From NCBI RefSeq assembly GCF_006345805.1, contig NC_042998.1, positions 51,646,001-51,710,000 on the forward strand: a DNA stretch of 64,000 nt, given 5' to 3'. The stretch is from Octopus sinensis (taxonomy: Eukaryota). This document shows, piece by piece, positions 38,237 to 51,224 of this stretch. The notes under the pieces were generated by a model, which saw nothing but the letters and a program-made list of their open reading frames with translations, searched no databases and was not told the origin of the DNA. Made by a program: the position numbers and the translations under genes. How positions within the stretch are numbered: the first letter of the stretch is position 1; each line of letters begins with the position of its first letter.

Positions 38237-38362
38237 CAAACTTTTTTGCTCTCTTCTTCAGCCAATGTCATACGTTCCTTGGTTGTTTTGTAGACATCAT
38301 CAGAAGCTTGCACTACTATCCTCTGAGTCATACAGCCTAATGAAGTTACATGGCTTCCAAAT
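38237..38362 (-). CDS. ELL: ELL exon E4 (FGSHVTSLGCMTQRIVVQASDDVYKTTKERMTLAEEESKKV)
   Basis: ctatag/gtgagt sites, 126 nt, phase 2-2. Matches ELL/ELL2 LG.IQ.KI.V.A..D.Y...RERM..AEEE. Confidence 0.95.
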
Positions 38363-38703
38363 CTATAGGGATTGAAAATATAAAAACATTACTACTGCAT
38401 TATAGTTTAGCAACATGCTTAAAGTTACATTTTATTTAATTTTATTCAAGAAAATTTGAGTACCTCCACCACTAGCACATTGTTGAAAACAGATTTTGGA
38501 AATGAATTTAAAAAAAAAAATGAGTGAAGGAATATCCTTCACCACTAGCAAATATCATTTTCCTAAAAGATTTTCCCCAAAACATTTTGAAGCATGTTGA
38601 CATAAACCTCGCTTCTTAAATTGAGTTCTTGTAGCATTTTGTGATATGTTGCAAGCATATGAAAGAATAAATAATTTAGATGTGCTTTTGGAACAAACAA
38701 ATA

Positions 38704-38799
38704 CAGTAATGCCTTGATATATGAGTTAATTTGTTCCCAGAGAATGCTTGTAAACCCAGAGTCTTGTAAAGTGGATCCTCGTAAAGTGAGGTATTACTG
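38704..38799. mobile_element. 96-bp Tigger/pogo-type MITE, TA TSD
   Basis: ta|cagtaatgccttg...tgaggtattactg|ta. Confidence 0.75.
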
Positions 38800-39158
38800 T
38801 ATACCATGTTTGTTTTTGCACGGTGTTATAGTGACATATAAGGAAACAAACTAAATAGGGAGACGATATAAAAATGTTATGAACAGAGACCTGTACATAA
38901 CATTTAACATTATAACACCAAGACAATAAAAATCAGTTAATTCAAACAAAAAATCTACCCTACTCCATTTAAAAAAGAAAAGCAAGAAAACCTGATTGCT
39001 ACCTAAACAGTTTATGTTTAAACACCAATTACCAAGAAGGGATGCTTGCATGCAGTTGCTGGGAAATGGTGTCTTCATAAAATTGGAAATATTTCTTAAG
39101 TAGGTCTACTACATGACAATTTAGTAGAACAGTCAAATATGGTAACTTCAGTACTTAC

Positions 39159-39271
39159 CTAGAAGTAGATTGCTCTAAACAATCAAAACTGCCATTCAGG
39201 TCACCCTGTATACTTGATAATGAGAACTGGAATGTTCTATTTTCTCCTCTGAGCGATGGAATTTGGATAGA
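39159..39271 (-). CDS. ELL: ELL exon E3 (SIQIPSLRGENRTFQFSLSSIQGDLNGSFDCLEQSTS)
   Basis: ttacag/gtaagt sites, 113 nt, phase 0-2. Carries the IP...F.F.LS...GSFDC motif of the ELL N-terminal domain. Confidence 0.93.
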
Positions 39272-42200
39272 CTGTAATGAAAATTCAAAATATTTTAATA
39301 TTATATTTTGCATTTTTTACATGCTGTAACTAAACTCATATCAAAACTAGTGCTTTGTAACAATACTTTATACTGGTTAGGTAGACCAAACAAAATCTTT
39401 TAGCAGTGTACATCATTACTCATTGGACTAAAGAGAGCATGCAGGTGAGGGATGACCTCCCCCCATTTCCTGCATGCTCTACTTAGTCCCAATTTGTCCA
39501 GTTTCTGCCATAATGAAAGGGCAGCATGTCTTGGATTACAGTGTTTACTTTGATAAATTGAATACCGATACACATCTTTCAGAAGACAAAATCACATTTT
39601 AAATTTCATACTTTATTTAAAGGAATGGAGCTGTGACAACGAACATTTATGTTAAAGAACAAGTGTTGTTCTTTGCTTTTGTTCACACCTACGCCCTTAC
39701 TGGTGATAATGAAATTAGTTATTTTCATCAGATTAAAATCTCCAAACACAAACAATTGGAAATACACGAACATGCAAAATACTTGATCAACGAAATATAA
39801 CTTAGAAAAGAGATACTATTAATTTTAAATTTTTACCACAATCAAGCATTTAAAAAAAAAATCATCTTACATATCAACATATCACATAAAAGTGACTAAT
39901 ATTCAACATGAAAAACATTTGAGTTTACTGATACTTCCTGTACAGTAAGATAGGAAATGTCTACAGAATAAGCAGATTGTCGAGAAAATATAGCAGTATA
40001 CTTTCTAATGTAGCATAAAATGTAAATTGCTCAGAACTATTCCCCCCTCTTCCTACATAAAATAGTCACTGACTGTAGGCTCCATTCTTCACTGTTGAGT
40101 GATTACAACAGGAAGGGTAACCAGCTGTAAAAACAATTACTGCAACTCCAACAATATACAATATGTTCAAATATTCCCCCCAAGCCAACTAGATATAATT
40201 ACATAACATTCACAGTTAGCAACAAGGCTATTTGAAAGATAGGTTTTCAATCTAATTTCTTGCTGTGAATTTAGAAGAGTAGTTGACCTCTACAACAGAA
40301 ATCAGAAGCAATTATTGAGCAATAAACCAAACTTTGTATCAGACAAGATGTCTCTCCAAATTTACCTGCTTCGAGAAACAAACAATGAAAGAATAAGCAT
40401 AGATTATCCAAGAGTTAATTTTATTTTTGTATATACATGAAAGTACAAGTTTCAAATAAATTGCCAACTCAACCCACCACAACAATGCAATTATTCAGTT
40501 TTTCATTTATTTCTATTATTATTGCTGTTGGTGTTATTATCCTTCCTTCATTGTATCAAATAACCAATGTTACTATGATAAACAGCCATGGTTGCAAGAT
40601 AATACGTCTTGAAAGCCATATTCATTGTTAATGAAATCTAACAGTTTACTTCTGCTATAATTGAACAAATGAGGGCAGCATTTATTATTTACAAAATTAA
40701 AACTAAAATGAAACCTTACATATTATTGGAAACTTTTAACATACACACTTCTCAGACCACAATGAAGTATACTTGCTTAAGGTGCTTCACCTATATTTCA
40801 ATTATTAAAAAAAAAATCTTATCTGGGGAGGGGAAGCAACAAACAACTTTTTTTTTCCTCCATAACACCTTATTATAACTTGAGCATTTAGTATTCAGAT
40901 CCCTTTATCAAGTGTAAGGCTTTTATATTCACATTGTTTTGAATTAATTACACATTTATCTAGTAGCTTTTGAAATTTGATGTGATTGTTTATTTTTTTA
41001 ATGATGCAGTAGGGCATGTGAAAGAAGCCAGATCTGATTGGTTTAGACAGAACAGGTAGAATATTTGGGTGAGATATGGTTGGTTGAATTGCTAGTTTAC
41101 TTTGTTGCAGGAAGTTCCCTCAGATACATGACAAATATTACAAAAAAAAAAAAAAGATTGCCTTATTTTTATTCTTCTGAAATCTTCATCAGATAGATAA
41201 CAATAATTGAAGTTATCAAAAAATTTATTTAGCTTAACATCCAGCAGGATACAATTCCACAAAGCACCAGTCACTCCTATACTACCTGTAACAGTACAAA
41301 TTGAACTACCCTTGTTTATGAGTTTAGTTTAAAGGAAGATATAAGTTATCTAATCTAAGAGAGAAATTTTTTTTCTTCTTAAGCTATCTTATCTGAGAAA
41401 ATTTTTATTTCTTCTATCAATTATTTACATTCAGTAAATATAACATTCATAACATTGACCCACGTGTTTGCCTAAGAATGAAGGTAGAACAGTGAACCTT
41501 TTGCAAGTGGTGGTGCAAAAATATCGTTAAATGTGAAGGCTATATATATTTTTTTTAACAACTTTTTCCATTGAGTTTTGATCCAATTCAATTGCCCAAC
41601 AAACTATGCTATACATAGAACAGAAGGGAGCAGTCGAGTTTGTTACTACATTGTATTGAAATTTGTGTATATATGGGCATGCTACTTTAGGTGAGAGTAG
41701 CCAGCTTACTAACAAAACACAAAATCCCTTCTGCAATACGACCAATTTTCAAAATAACCTGATCACAAGTAAAGACACTACAAACATTTGAATAATCAAT
41801 CACATTTTTTTTTCTTGATATTTGTTCAATCATAACATGATTCAGCTTTAGACTTGTAAAAATGCCCAATGTTAAAAATTCAAGAGGTGCAACATAAAAA
41901 CCTGTGTTTTGATGGTGTAAAAACTCATTGATGTCATTATGGATAGGCAATACTAAGAGAGACACTGTAAATAAATGAATAATATTATGTTATTCTACAA
42001 TTAATATATTCCTATTAAGTTTTATTTATTGTACTATTCTGAGATTACATATGACAGTGTGATTCTCCCAACATTTCCCTGTAATGAAAACAGCATATGA
42101 ATACCTTTAAATATACTGGGATTTTTGTTATTTTGCATCTCATATGCAGTATGTTGCATTTTAGAAATTATTTTACTATCAAGCTTCAATTACCAACTGA

Positions 42201-43040
42201 AGATTCCATAAGAATGAAACTAATTTCATCTAGCACCTATTTTTCCTTTACGTTTCTGTTTTAAAGAATTGCAAATCTGTTTCTTGCATCGGAATTTCGG
42301 TTTGCTGCATATAATTATATATATGCATTAATTATATTTAAATGTGTTGCTGGTTTGTTAAAGTGCATAGAAAAGAAAAAAAAATAACTGTCTTTTTTCT
42401 TTTCTTTTCCTTTAGCATTGGACAGTTTATATATTTTCCTTATCATCATGTCATTGAAATGTCAAGAGATTGTTATAATACAAACAGTGCAACCGAAATG
42501 AAATCCAGTCAAAAGATGTCAAGCAGTCTTATTCAATGTCAATATGTTAACTTACCAGTATGTGCTTGCTCAGCTGAATATATAGCAGCAGCAGCAATTT
42601 TAAAAGTTGCTTTTTCATGATATTTAAAACTTCAGGACTTATTCCTCAGAACAAATAGCATTCCATAAGATGAAATAAAAACCACCAAAGAAATTTCAAA
42701 ATCTGTATTATCAGCGCTTATGCAAAAACTTTATGACAAAGCTGTTTAGTTAGGAAGCAATTTAGGTCAAGTTAAGCTATACACAGTAGCCATTTAATAA
42801 TAAATTTGGAATGCATATACTAATATAGATTATGAGAAAATTTAAAAATCACTATCTGAGGAAATGCTGTCAGTAAACAAGACAAAAGCAGAATGGAGAT
42901 AAAACGAGCTACATAAGCAGAAGTTTGAATTACTTTAGCTAATGTTTTTATACATTAATGTTATTAACAGATAGTTCAAGCTGTCCGATGTATGGTGTTA
43001 GAATTTATAAATAAACCGATCAACTGATCCAGATAATATT

Positions 43041-43501
43041 TTAACTCTTTAGCATTCAATTTACTATTCATTATTATTCTAAATGTCTGTTGTATGCACA
43101 GCATCTTAATTTACACGCACTCAAACTTTCTTTTTTAGCCCAAGTAAACAATACCCACCCAATGAATCTTATTCAATTTGCTTTTGTAATGTTGCAGACC
43201 ATTTGTGTTCACAACTACCAGTCCTTGCATAGATTTTATAATACACTTGGCTTGGCCTTTCATAAATAAAGCCAAGACATAACCATTAACTATTGTACCA
43301 TCATCATCATCACCAAGCTTAACCCTTTAGCATTCAGTAACACTAATTTGAATTAAGCATGCAGTATTTCATACCTTCAAGATTTCAATAATCTGATGGT
43401 TTACTTTCAGAATGACATTGTAGGGTAAGTGTGAGAGGCCAGATCAGGCCATAAAAATTGGTAGAAAACTTGAGCCAGATATAACTGGCTTAAATGCTAA
43501 A
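43041..43501 (+). mobile_element. Composite TTAA-MITE with an extra ~270-bp module
   Basis: Two left ends (ttaactctttagcattc at 43041, ttaaccctttagcattc at 43319). The module between them also occurs at ~29790-30014. Confidence 0.7.
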
Positions 43502-45454
43502 TATCACCCTTTTTGTTGTTTCTTGAGAGAATAACTCCATAATTTGTACTGTAGAAGCACCAGTAGTCTTAGTCTCAAAAGAATTAAAAGATTATCAATG
43601 CTGGAAAATATTCAATTTCTGCAAACAATCTAATTGTTCAAGCAGAGCAAACAAAGGTTACTTAAAATATGAATATTTAAAATTAAAACAGTAGGTAATG
43701 CTAAAATTGTTACATCTCCTGCATGCAGTAATGGCATTGTCATAACATACAAATTATGTGGAATGGTGAAATAAAGAGTTAGATTTGTAAATGTTTCACA
43801 AAAACGAAATTGATTAAAACAAGCAAAAATCTTCTAAACTTTTATCTATACTGCCTTAGATTAAGACATTTAATACTGGCAACCTAAGTATCACATGATT
43901 AAACTCAGAAAAGAATAGATGACAAAACATTAAAAATACTGCTTTACATTAATATGCATGCGTGCATACACATATATCAAAGATCTTCAATGGTTTTTGC
44001 CAATGAAGGTTTGTTTGCTCAATCAACAGCTCTTTGAAACAACATGTAACTGAGCATTCTGTAGAATCACCAAGACACAAGCAACAAGACCATAACTTTT
44101 GAATGACATGTATAACCAATCCAACAAGCTTCTACAGTTTCCATCTGCCCAATTTCACTCACAAACCATGGGACAACCCAAAACGATGATAAAAGACGTT
44201 TATAAACAATAACATCATAGGAATCTTGAAGCTGACATAATGCATGATTAACTCAACAGTGTAGATAAATAAAAAGCATTAGATTTGACAGAATAATCTG
44301 AATGCTAAAGGGTTAAACCAGTCAGATCTGACCTCTCACACCTACCCTACAACGTCATTCTAAAAATAAACAATCACATTAAAATCTCAAAGCTATGAGA
44401 CTGTGCGTGGTTAATTCAAAACAAGGTGAATAAATATGCAATACATTTGATGAAGAAACCTGAATGCTAAAGAATTAAATGATTAAGTCCTTCCTTATGG
44501 TTATTTTTGAAGGTCACTCTATGTAAACCCACCTAACAGAGATCTACACTCAAAAGTATTGCAACCTTGACCATTCTGTCCTCCTCCCATGTACTGCATA
44601 TGTTGGGTACATTATAATTATTCAATGTAACCGTTTTTCAATTAAGACAGAAAAGGCTGCTAATTCTAGTAAACTGAGTAATCACTAAGAGGCTTTTCCC
44701 TACAATACAATCTGACTTTTTAAAAAAAATTAACCCTATAATATTGAACTTTAATCTATTTGCCTTAGCTAATACTACATGATAAACCAAGGATTAGCAA
44801 ATTTTTTTGCCTGTTTAACAATCCAACTGAAGAATTAATTGTTCACACTAAATCTATCATTACTAGCTGCATTCTTGCTCATACCTAACATCTACGCATT
44901 TCTGTACTGTCCAGATTTCCCTTCATATAATACATCTTACTAATGAATTGCACAACTGCCTTAGCTTGGGAGATTAATTGCAGCAGATAAGCTCTCACAA
45001 ATTACTCTGACTAAAATTATTAGCACTAAAGTAGTCACTTGCACTTGAAATAATACTTACGAGGCCATATAATTAACAAACTATTTCAAGCTAATAGTAT
45101 TCAAGTATATTTGTATATGCAATACAAATATACATAGACATGTAGGACAGCGTTAGGATTGCTTTTTAACACCTTCAATCTCATGTAGAATGCTTCTTAC
45201 CCGACCAAACTAACTGAAAGTGTAACTTTCCCATACCAGTTCCCTTTTTGTAGTTTTTGTTTTACCTTAAATTATTAAAAAAAACAACTACTTTGTTTTC
45301 TTGGAATCACTCGTTTAGCTAAGCTATAAAAACCAAGCTTCATCCAAGATATAATTTTGTATGCATTTTCCAAAATTAGATCTTGTTCAAAATGTTCAGA
45401 ATGGCAAATGTTATACCTGCAGATTGCTTAGTTTTTGGCCTGGTTGAGCTACTG

Positions 45455-45784
45455 AGACCCACTTTGGTCATGACTGACCATGGGATTGCACCTAGAAAGT
45501 TACCCTTCTAGGCACAAGTCCGGGCATGGTTGCTTTATGTTAGACCAGCAGTCACCCATGCATACCGGGGTCCTCTCTCCACGCCACCAGTGTTATCCAA
45601 GGGAAAGGCAAAGGCCGATACAGCTTGGCACTTGTGATGTCACAACTCATTTCTACAGCTGAGTGAATGGAGCAACATAAAATAAAGTGTCTTGCTCAAG
45701 AACACAACACGCAGCCCGGTCTGGGATTTGAACTCACAACTTCAAGATTGTAAACTCGACGCTCTAACCACTGAGCCATGCACC
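45455..45784 (-). mobile_element. tRNA-derived SINE (third family)
   Basis: Minus strand ggtgcatggctcagtggttagagcgtcg...gagttcaaatccc (A and B boxes), then gttgtgttcttgagcaagacac. Partial copy at ~58275-58410. Confidence 0.85.
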
Positions 45785-48700
45785 TGGTACAACAACAGAA
45801 TGAAGAGAAATGTGGCATTGATATTGAGTAGTAACACTGAAGTAGATAGGCCAAACTCATCCACAGAAATGGGGCTTGAGTGAAATAAACATAAGCAATA
45901 ATCTGCCTCACATGGAAACTGCAGGGGCAACTTGGGTTTTAAAATATCTAAATCCATCACGAAGTTAGAAACTCTTCCATATCATCAGTAGGCATCTCAG
46001 GGTCATGGGTGTTTCATTCCTTAGCTTGTACACTTCGCTTGAGTGGAACAGCAAGGACTGAACTAATAATCTTCACCAACAGAAGAGTTCCACTTGTGGT
46101 CTCATCAACCATAGCTACCTTGAGCTGGTTTTAGCTGCCATGCCTATCTCTATAGTGGCTTTATTCAGTTGTTTGGATTTAAGACCTATCTTCTGGAAGA
46201 AATAGCACACCAATAAGGAATGAGTTTACATTAGTTATATAAAATGGGAATCTTAATCAAATTAACTATTGTAAAACAATACTTAACAGTCTGCCAAACT
46301 ATCTGCTTACTATATTGCTTACATTTTATAAAGGTTAATTTTTTATGAGTGACAGTGCCATATTTTTTGTAAATGGGGAAAGTTCACAGCTGATATGCAA
46401 ACAACCTTCAACTTTTTTTTTTTTCTTTCTTTCTTTTGAAGCTCTAAGTTAAAAGTGTTGATAACTTCTAGTTGACTGACACATCAATATTTTATTAACA
46501 TGTTGAAAAAGAGAAAAGAAACAAATACAAAATTTAAAGTCTAACAATAAGCAATTTAACTCTACGTTGTAAATACTCTAAAGTATTCAGGACACAAAAG
46601 TCACATGTTGATTAATATTTTATGTAACATATATCAATTTCAAGCATCTCATTTATAACTGATATACTGATTCTTCCAATAAACTTTTTTTTTCAGGACA
46701 TTTACGTAGTATCAAGACAGAAAAGACATATTTGAAGTAACTTTAATCTAATTGCAGCAAGTGAACAAGACTCCAACATGACTTCTTAAACTATAAGATG
46801 GCAGCCAAATCTCCCTTAATTCACATAGGACTATGTAGCTCTAAATACAATGATAAAAGAACAAGAGAGTCATAGTTGGAACAATGAGACAAAAAAAAAA
46901 ACTGAAGCAATCACGACCTTATGACTGAGATTAATGAAAGACCGATAAAGAAATAGTAGGCAAATCTCATCCAAACTGCATCCTCCCATCTTTAAAAAAA
47001 AGACTGCATTTTCTAGTATACAAGTAGAATTTTTCTGATCAAAGTTTACAGCCAAAAAAGATAGGTCAACTTATTATACACCAAGACAATTTTGGAGGAC
47101 CAAAACTGCATGTGAAATACAGCAGGTTTTAGAAAGATAGTGATGATGTTTACGCTGTATACTACATTGGTTTGTATAGAGGAAAATAAGGTATACAAGA
47201 ATTAAAAAAATACAAATAATACAGTCTTGTACAGTGTGGTTGAGAATAAACTGGAACATCTTTGATCAGTCTGCTCAATCAAGCTGAGCTTGGGTAAAAT
47301 ACTACAAGAGGAAATTTAAGCCAATATAGGTTTAGAATATAGTACCGTACCAGGTGCTGTTAAATGTTAACCATAGCTTGAGCCATTGGTAGACGTAGAC
47401 AAATCTTGCCTGAGGCTAGTTGGTTTGTTGCCATTCAGTTTATGATTTATTGGAAATCAAATGAGAGAGAAAGAGGGTTTTTTTTTTTCTTGCATGTTGT
47501 TTTTTAACCATCTTGCCAATGCATTTGGAAATATCTAGAAGAATAATCTCACACAAGCCGTTTATTCATTGATAATCAATACTTCATAAAAAGGAAAAGT
47601 GGAATAGCAGAAATAGTGCAGTGCTGCACTGACTTGGAGTTTGAATCATGCCAGTCCTAACAGTGTCAGGCATGTAATGAAATGGATTCAATCAACAGAA
47701 CACACATCAAGTAAATTTGTAGCTTTCGTCATGAGAAATTACGTTGCATAAAATATCATCTGCTTTAAATTTCTGTTTAGAATTGAAGCAGTGGTTCAGA
47801 TGTAGGTGTAGCAGTGTAGTAAGAAGTGTGCTTCCCAACCACATCATTCTAGGTTCAGTTCCAGTGCATGGCACCTTGGGCAAGTAGCTTTCACTATAGC
47901 ATTAGACCAACCGAAGCCTTGAGGGGATCTGATAGATAACAACTGAAAGAAGCTTGCCACATGTGTGTGCGTTGAGTGCACATAAGCACACCTTTGACAC
48001 TAGTCTGATGAAATGTCATTCTAACGTTTAAAACCACAAATATTATATAAATTTTCACTTCAAATTTTTGCATAATTTTGGCGTTGCAAGCAGCCAGTGT
48101 CGGTACAGAAACAATTGTAACTGATCATTATAGATGTGCTAAAGTATTCCTTTGCTTCATTATTTACACACACACGTGTGCACGCATATTTATACATATC
48201 TGTGCGTGTCTCCCAGCCTTGATATCACATGACAGTTGTCAAGTGAGTGTTGCTATCATGCAAGCAGCATCATTCATTTGCAATATTCTGCAAAAACGCC
48301 TGGCCACAAAGAAATATTACCTTACTTAGAAACATGAGGACTGGCAACAGAAAGGGCATCCGGCCATAGAAAATCTGCTTCAATAAACTCTACCTGACCC
48401 ATGCTAGCAGGTTAAATTGATAATGATGGTTACTACAGCAGTGACATACATGTAAAATATCAAAATAAATGAGATTTCTAAGTAATTATGACAAATTTGA
48501 TATTCTCCTAAACATTCAAATAAAATTCCTTCCTATCCTACAAATATTTTATTTATAATTTAGTGTGAATTAAGTTTTTTTTTTTTTTTATGATTACCAC
48601 GTGATATACCTTCTGGTTTAGGGCAAAAAATATATAGATATATATATATATTCTCTACTTTTAAAGATAGAACTAATCAGGTTGGAAATGGAAATAAAAT

Positions 48701-48806
48701 CACAGAGGTTCCAAAAGCAAAAGTTTACTCATTACAACAGTGCCCAGATACATTTTAATCTGTGTTATGCGATGGAAATGGGAAAAAATTTACAGGAACA
48801 ACTTAC

Positions 48807-48851
48807 CCCAGAGTTATTCTGAAATTTGATATTTGCTTTACGATGTACATC
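48807..48851 (-). CDS. ELL: ELL-family elongation factor, exon E2 (DVHRKANIKFQNNSG)
   Basis: Long pyrimidine tract + cag acceptor, gtaagt donor, 45 nt, phase 0-0. Resembles the short second exon of vertebrate ELL as I recall it (DSVSLRPSIRFQGSQG) and joins in frame to E3. Confidence 0.85.
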
Positions 48852-48963
48852 CTGAAAAATAAAGGAAAAGAAAAATATTAAAGAACTGTCAGTGTGTGTG
48901 TGTATGAGTAAATATATATATGTGTGTATGCATGTATATATATATATTTATATATATATATAT

Positions 48964-48994
<31 letters not shown>

Positions 48995-51183
48995 AATATA
49001 TACATAGAGAGAGACATTGACATACATATTAAGCTGTAACACTAAATGGTTAAGATTTTAAATATAAATTATGAGGTATAACCAGGACAGAAAATGAGAA
49101 CAGATCCTCCCACAAGAGTTGATCATGAATCTGTTGCATACCAAGCAACTGCACTGCCAATTACTCAAACCATTACCATATAAACAAATAGTATTCCACA
49201 GTGTCGGGGAGGCCTATCAGCAGGTGGTTAAATAACTATGAAATTATCTGCAATCTACATGTGATAGGAGGTGAGAGTGCTGTTAGTCTACAAAGACAGG
49301 ATTGCTTTGGTGCAATTGCCAATGTGGCAGCTTGATATGGTTTAAGTTCCATAGCAGAAATTGCTTGTTTCAGTCCTGAGTGTGCATATAATGTGTGTGT
49401 GTGTGTGTGCACAAATACACAATTAAGATGACCTTAATTAGAAACTGGAGAGTAATTAAAATTTACTTGTTATAGTAAACATACATTAATTGTTTGAAGT
49501 TAATTCAAATGAAATATTTTAATTCCACTATTTATAATCACGATTAGATTAAGTTCCATCTGGATATGAGCTTGGTAGCACTGAAGCTACATCTATATGG
49601 ATTATATTTCATAATTTTACAGGAAGAAAGATAAACATAATAGTATAAAAGATTGAATTATTGAGGTAAGGGAACCAACCTCGAATTATTTCAAGAAAAG
49701 AAAGAAAAACAAGGAGATTAAACAGCAAAAGATGGGGGGGGGGCAGTTCATACACCCCAAACCAAATCATACATTCAGCTGTGCCTCACACATACACACA
49801 CACAAATTATGAAGCCGTTGCCACAGAGAATGACCAGTGACACTTGCTGCAACAGCCACCCCATCACGTGGGGCTTATTTCTCAAGCAAAGCCACAATTT
49901 GAATGGTCATACAAAATGCTACTTGGATATTCTCTATCCAACACCATTTACAATCCATCTCACACCACATTACCACTAAAATACACTGGCCTTACACAGG
50001 TGTCCAATAACACCTTTAGATTAAGATATTCAATTTCTGTAGCTATTGATTGATTTTACTTACTTTTCTCTAATATATGTTATATTTGCTCCCATGTTAC
50101 AAAATGTTTTAAAAATAAAAAGAATGTTTAATGACTTAGTTTTGTCACAATAAATATTAAAACTAGTATACAAGCAATAAAAACAAGAAATATTTTAAGG
50201 GGGTTAGAATATACAAAAATCCCCCCACATACACAATTTTTTGTTGTGAATCTGTCTAAATACTAAACTTTTTATTTGTCTCCCATATGTAAGTGCATAC
50301 TTTTAAAGACCATAAACCGGCATGGTCTAGTTTCTAGCAATCTATAGCAAAATCTTTATGAAACATTCGTGAATATCAGCTTTGTAAGCAAAGTCAAATA
50401 TAATGCTGCATAAATGTAAAGTTAACTGTGAAATTGATAATTTGTAGCAGCTGTGGTTGATATTAGTGACAGCTCTCAAAAAAACACATGTACCAAATCT
50501 ACAGACCACTCCTCGTTGGCTTGTGTCAGTAAGTAGACAGCACCAACCACAGAAAGAGAATGCATAGGAATGTATATAAAGGTATATATAAATTACCCTG
50601 TGATTTTAGAAACTGTATGGGTGAACTTGGTAGTTATGAAGAACCTACGATGCCAGTCAGTAGTGACATGGTACAAGCTTCAAGAGAATAATCTCCCTGC
50701 AGTATCGGGTTATAAAAAAAATACAACATACAAGTACACATGTGTGATGTTCTAATAACAGGATTGTTAAAGAAATTAAATCTGGCACACTGGGTTAAAA
50801 CGTTTGCCATCACTGGTCTACTAATAATAAAACAACAAAAACAATGACAAAAAGCCGAAATATTTATGCCAAGTGATACTAATGCTATATATATGTATAT
50901 ATAGATTGCGCGGTACGAAGCTCGCTTCCCAACCACATGGTCCTGGGTTTAGTCCCACTGCATTGCATCTTGGGCAAGTGTCTTCTACTGTAGCCTCAGG
51001 CTGACCAAAGCCTTGTGATTGGATTTAATACAATTTAATCAAGTTGTTGACATACAATTTTATTAAATATTTAAACAGAAGTTTATGCAAACAAAATATA
51101 CCTCACATTTCTGAGGTCAAAGTCTACTGAGAGCGAATCGGCTTTCCTCTTCTCAAGTATCAATAACAAGGGGGTGGGATTTT

Positions 51184-51224
<41 letters not shown>

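Noticed and set aside
41700-41765. Exon-like segment (cag...gtaagc, VILKIGRIAEGILCFV) in ELL intron 2
   Set aside because: No ELL homology, and E2 and E3 already join in frame. No support without RNA data.
45690-45784. tRNA gene
   Set aside because: A and B boxes are present, but the sequence continues into a SINE body. This and similar heads are SINE-derived, not tRNAs.
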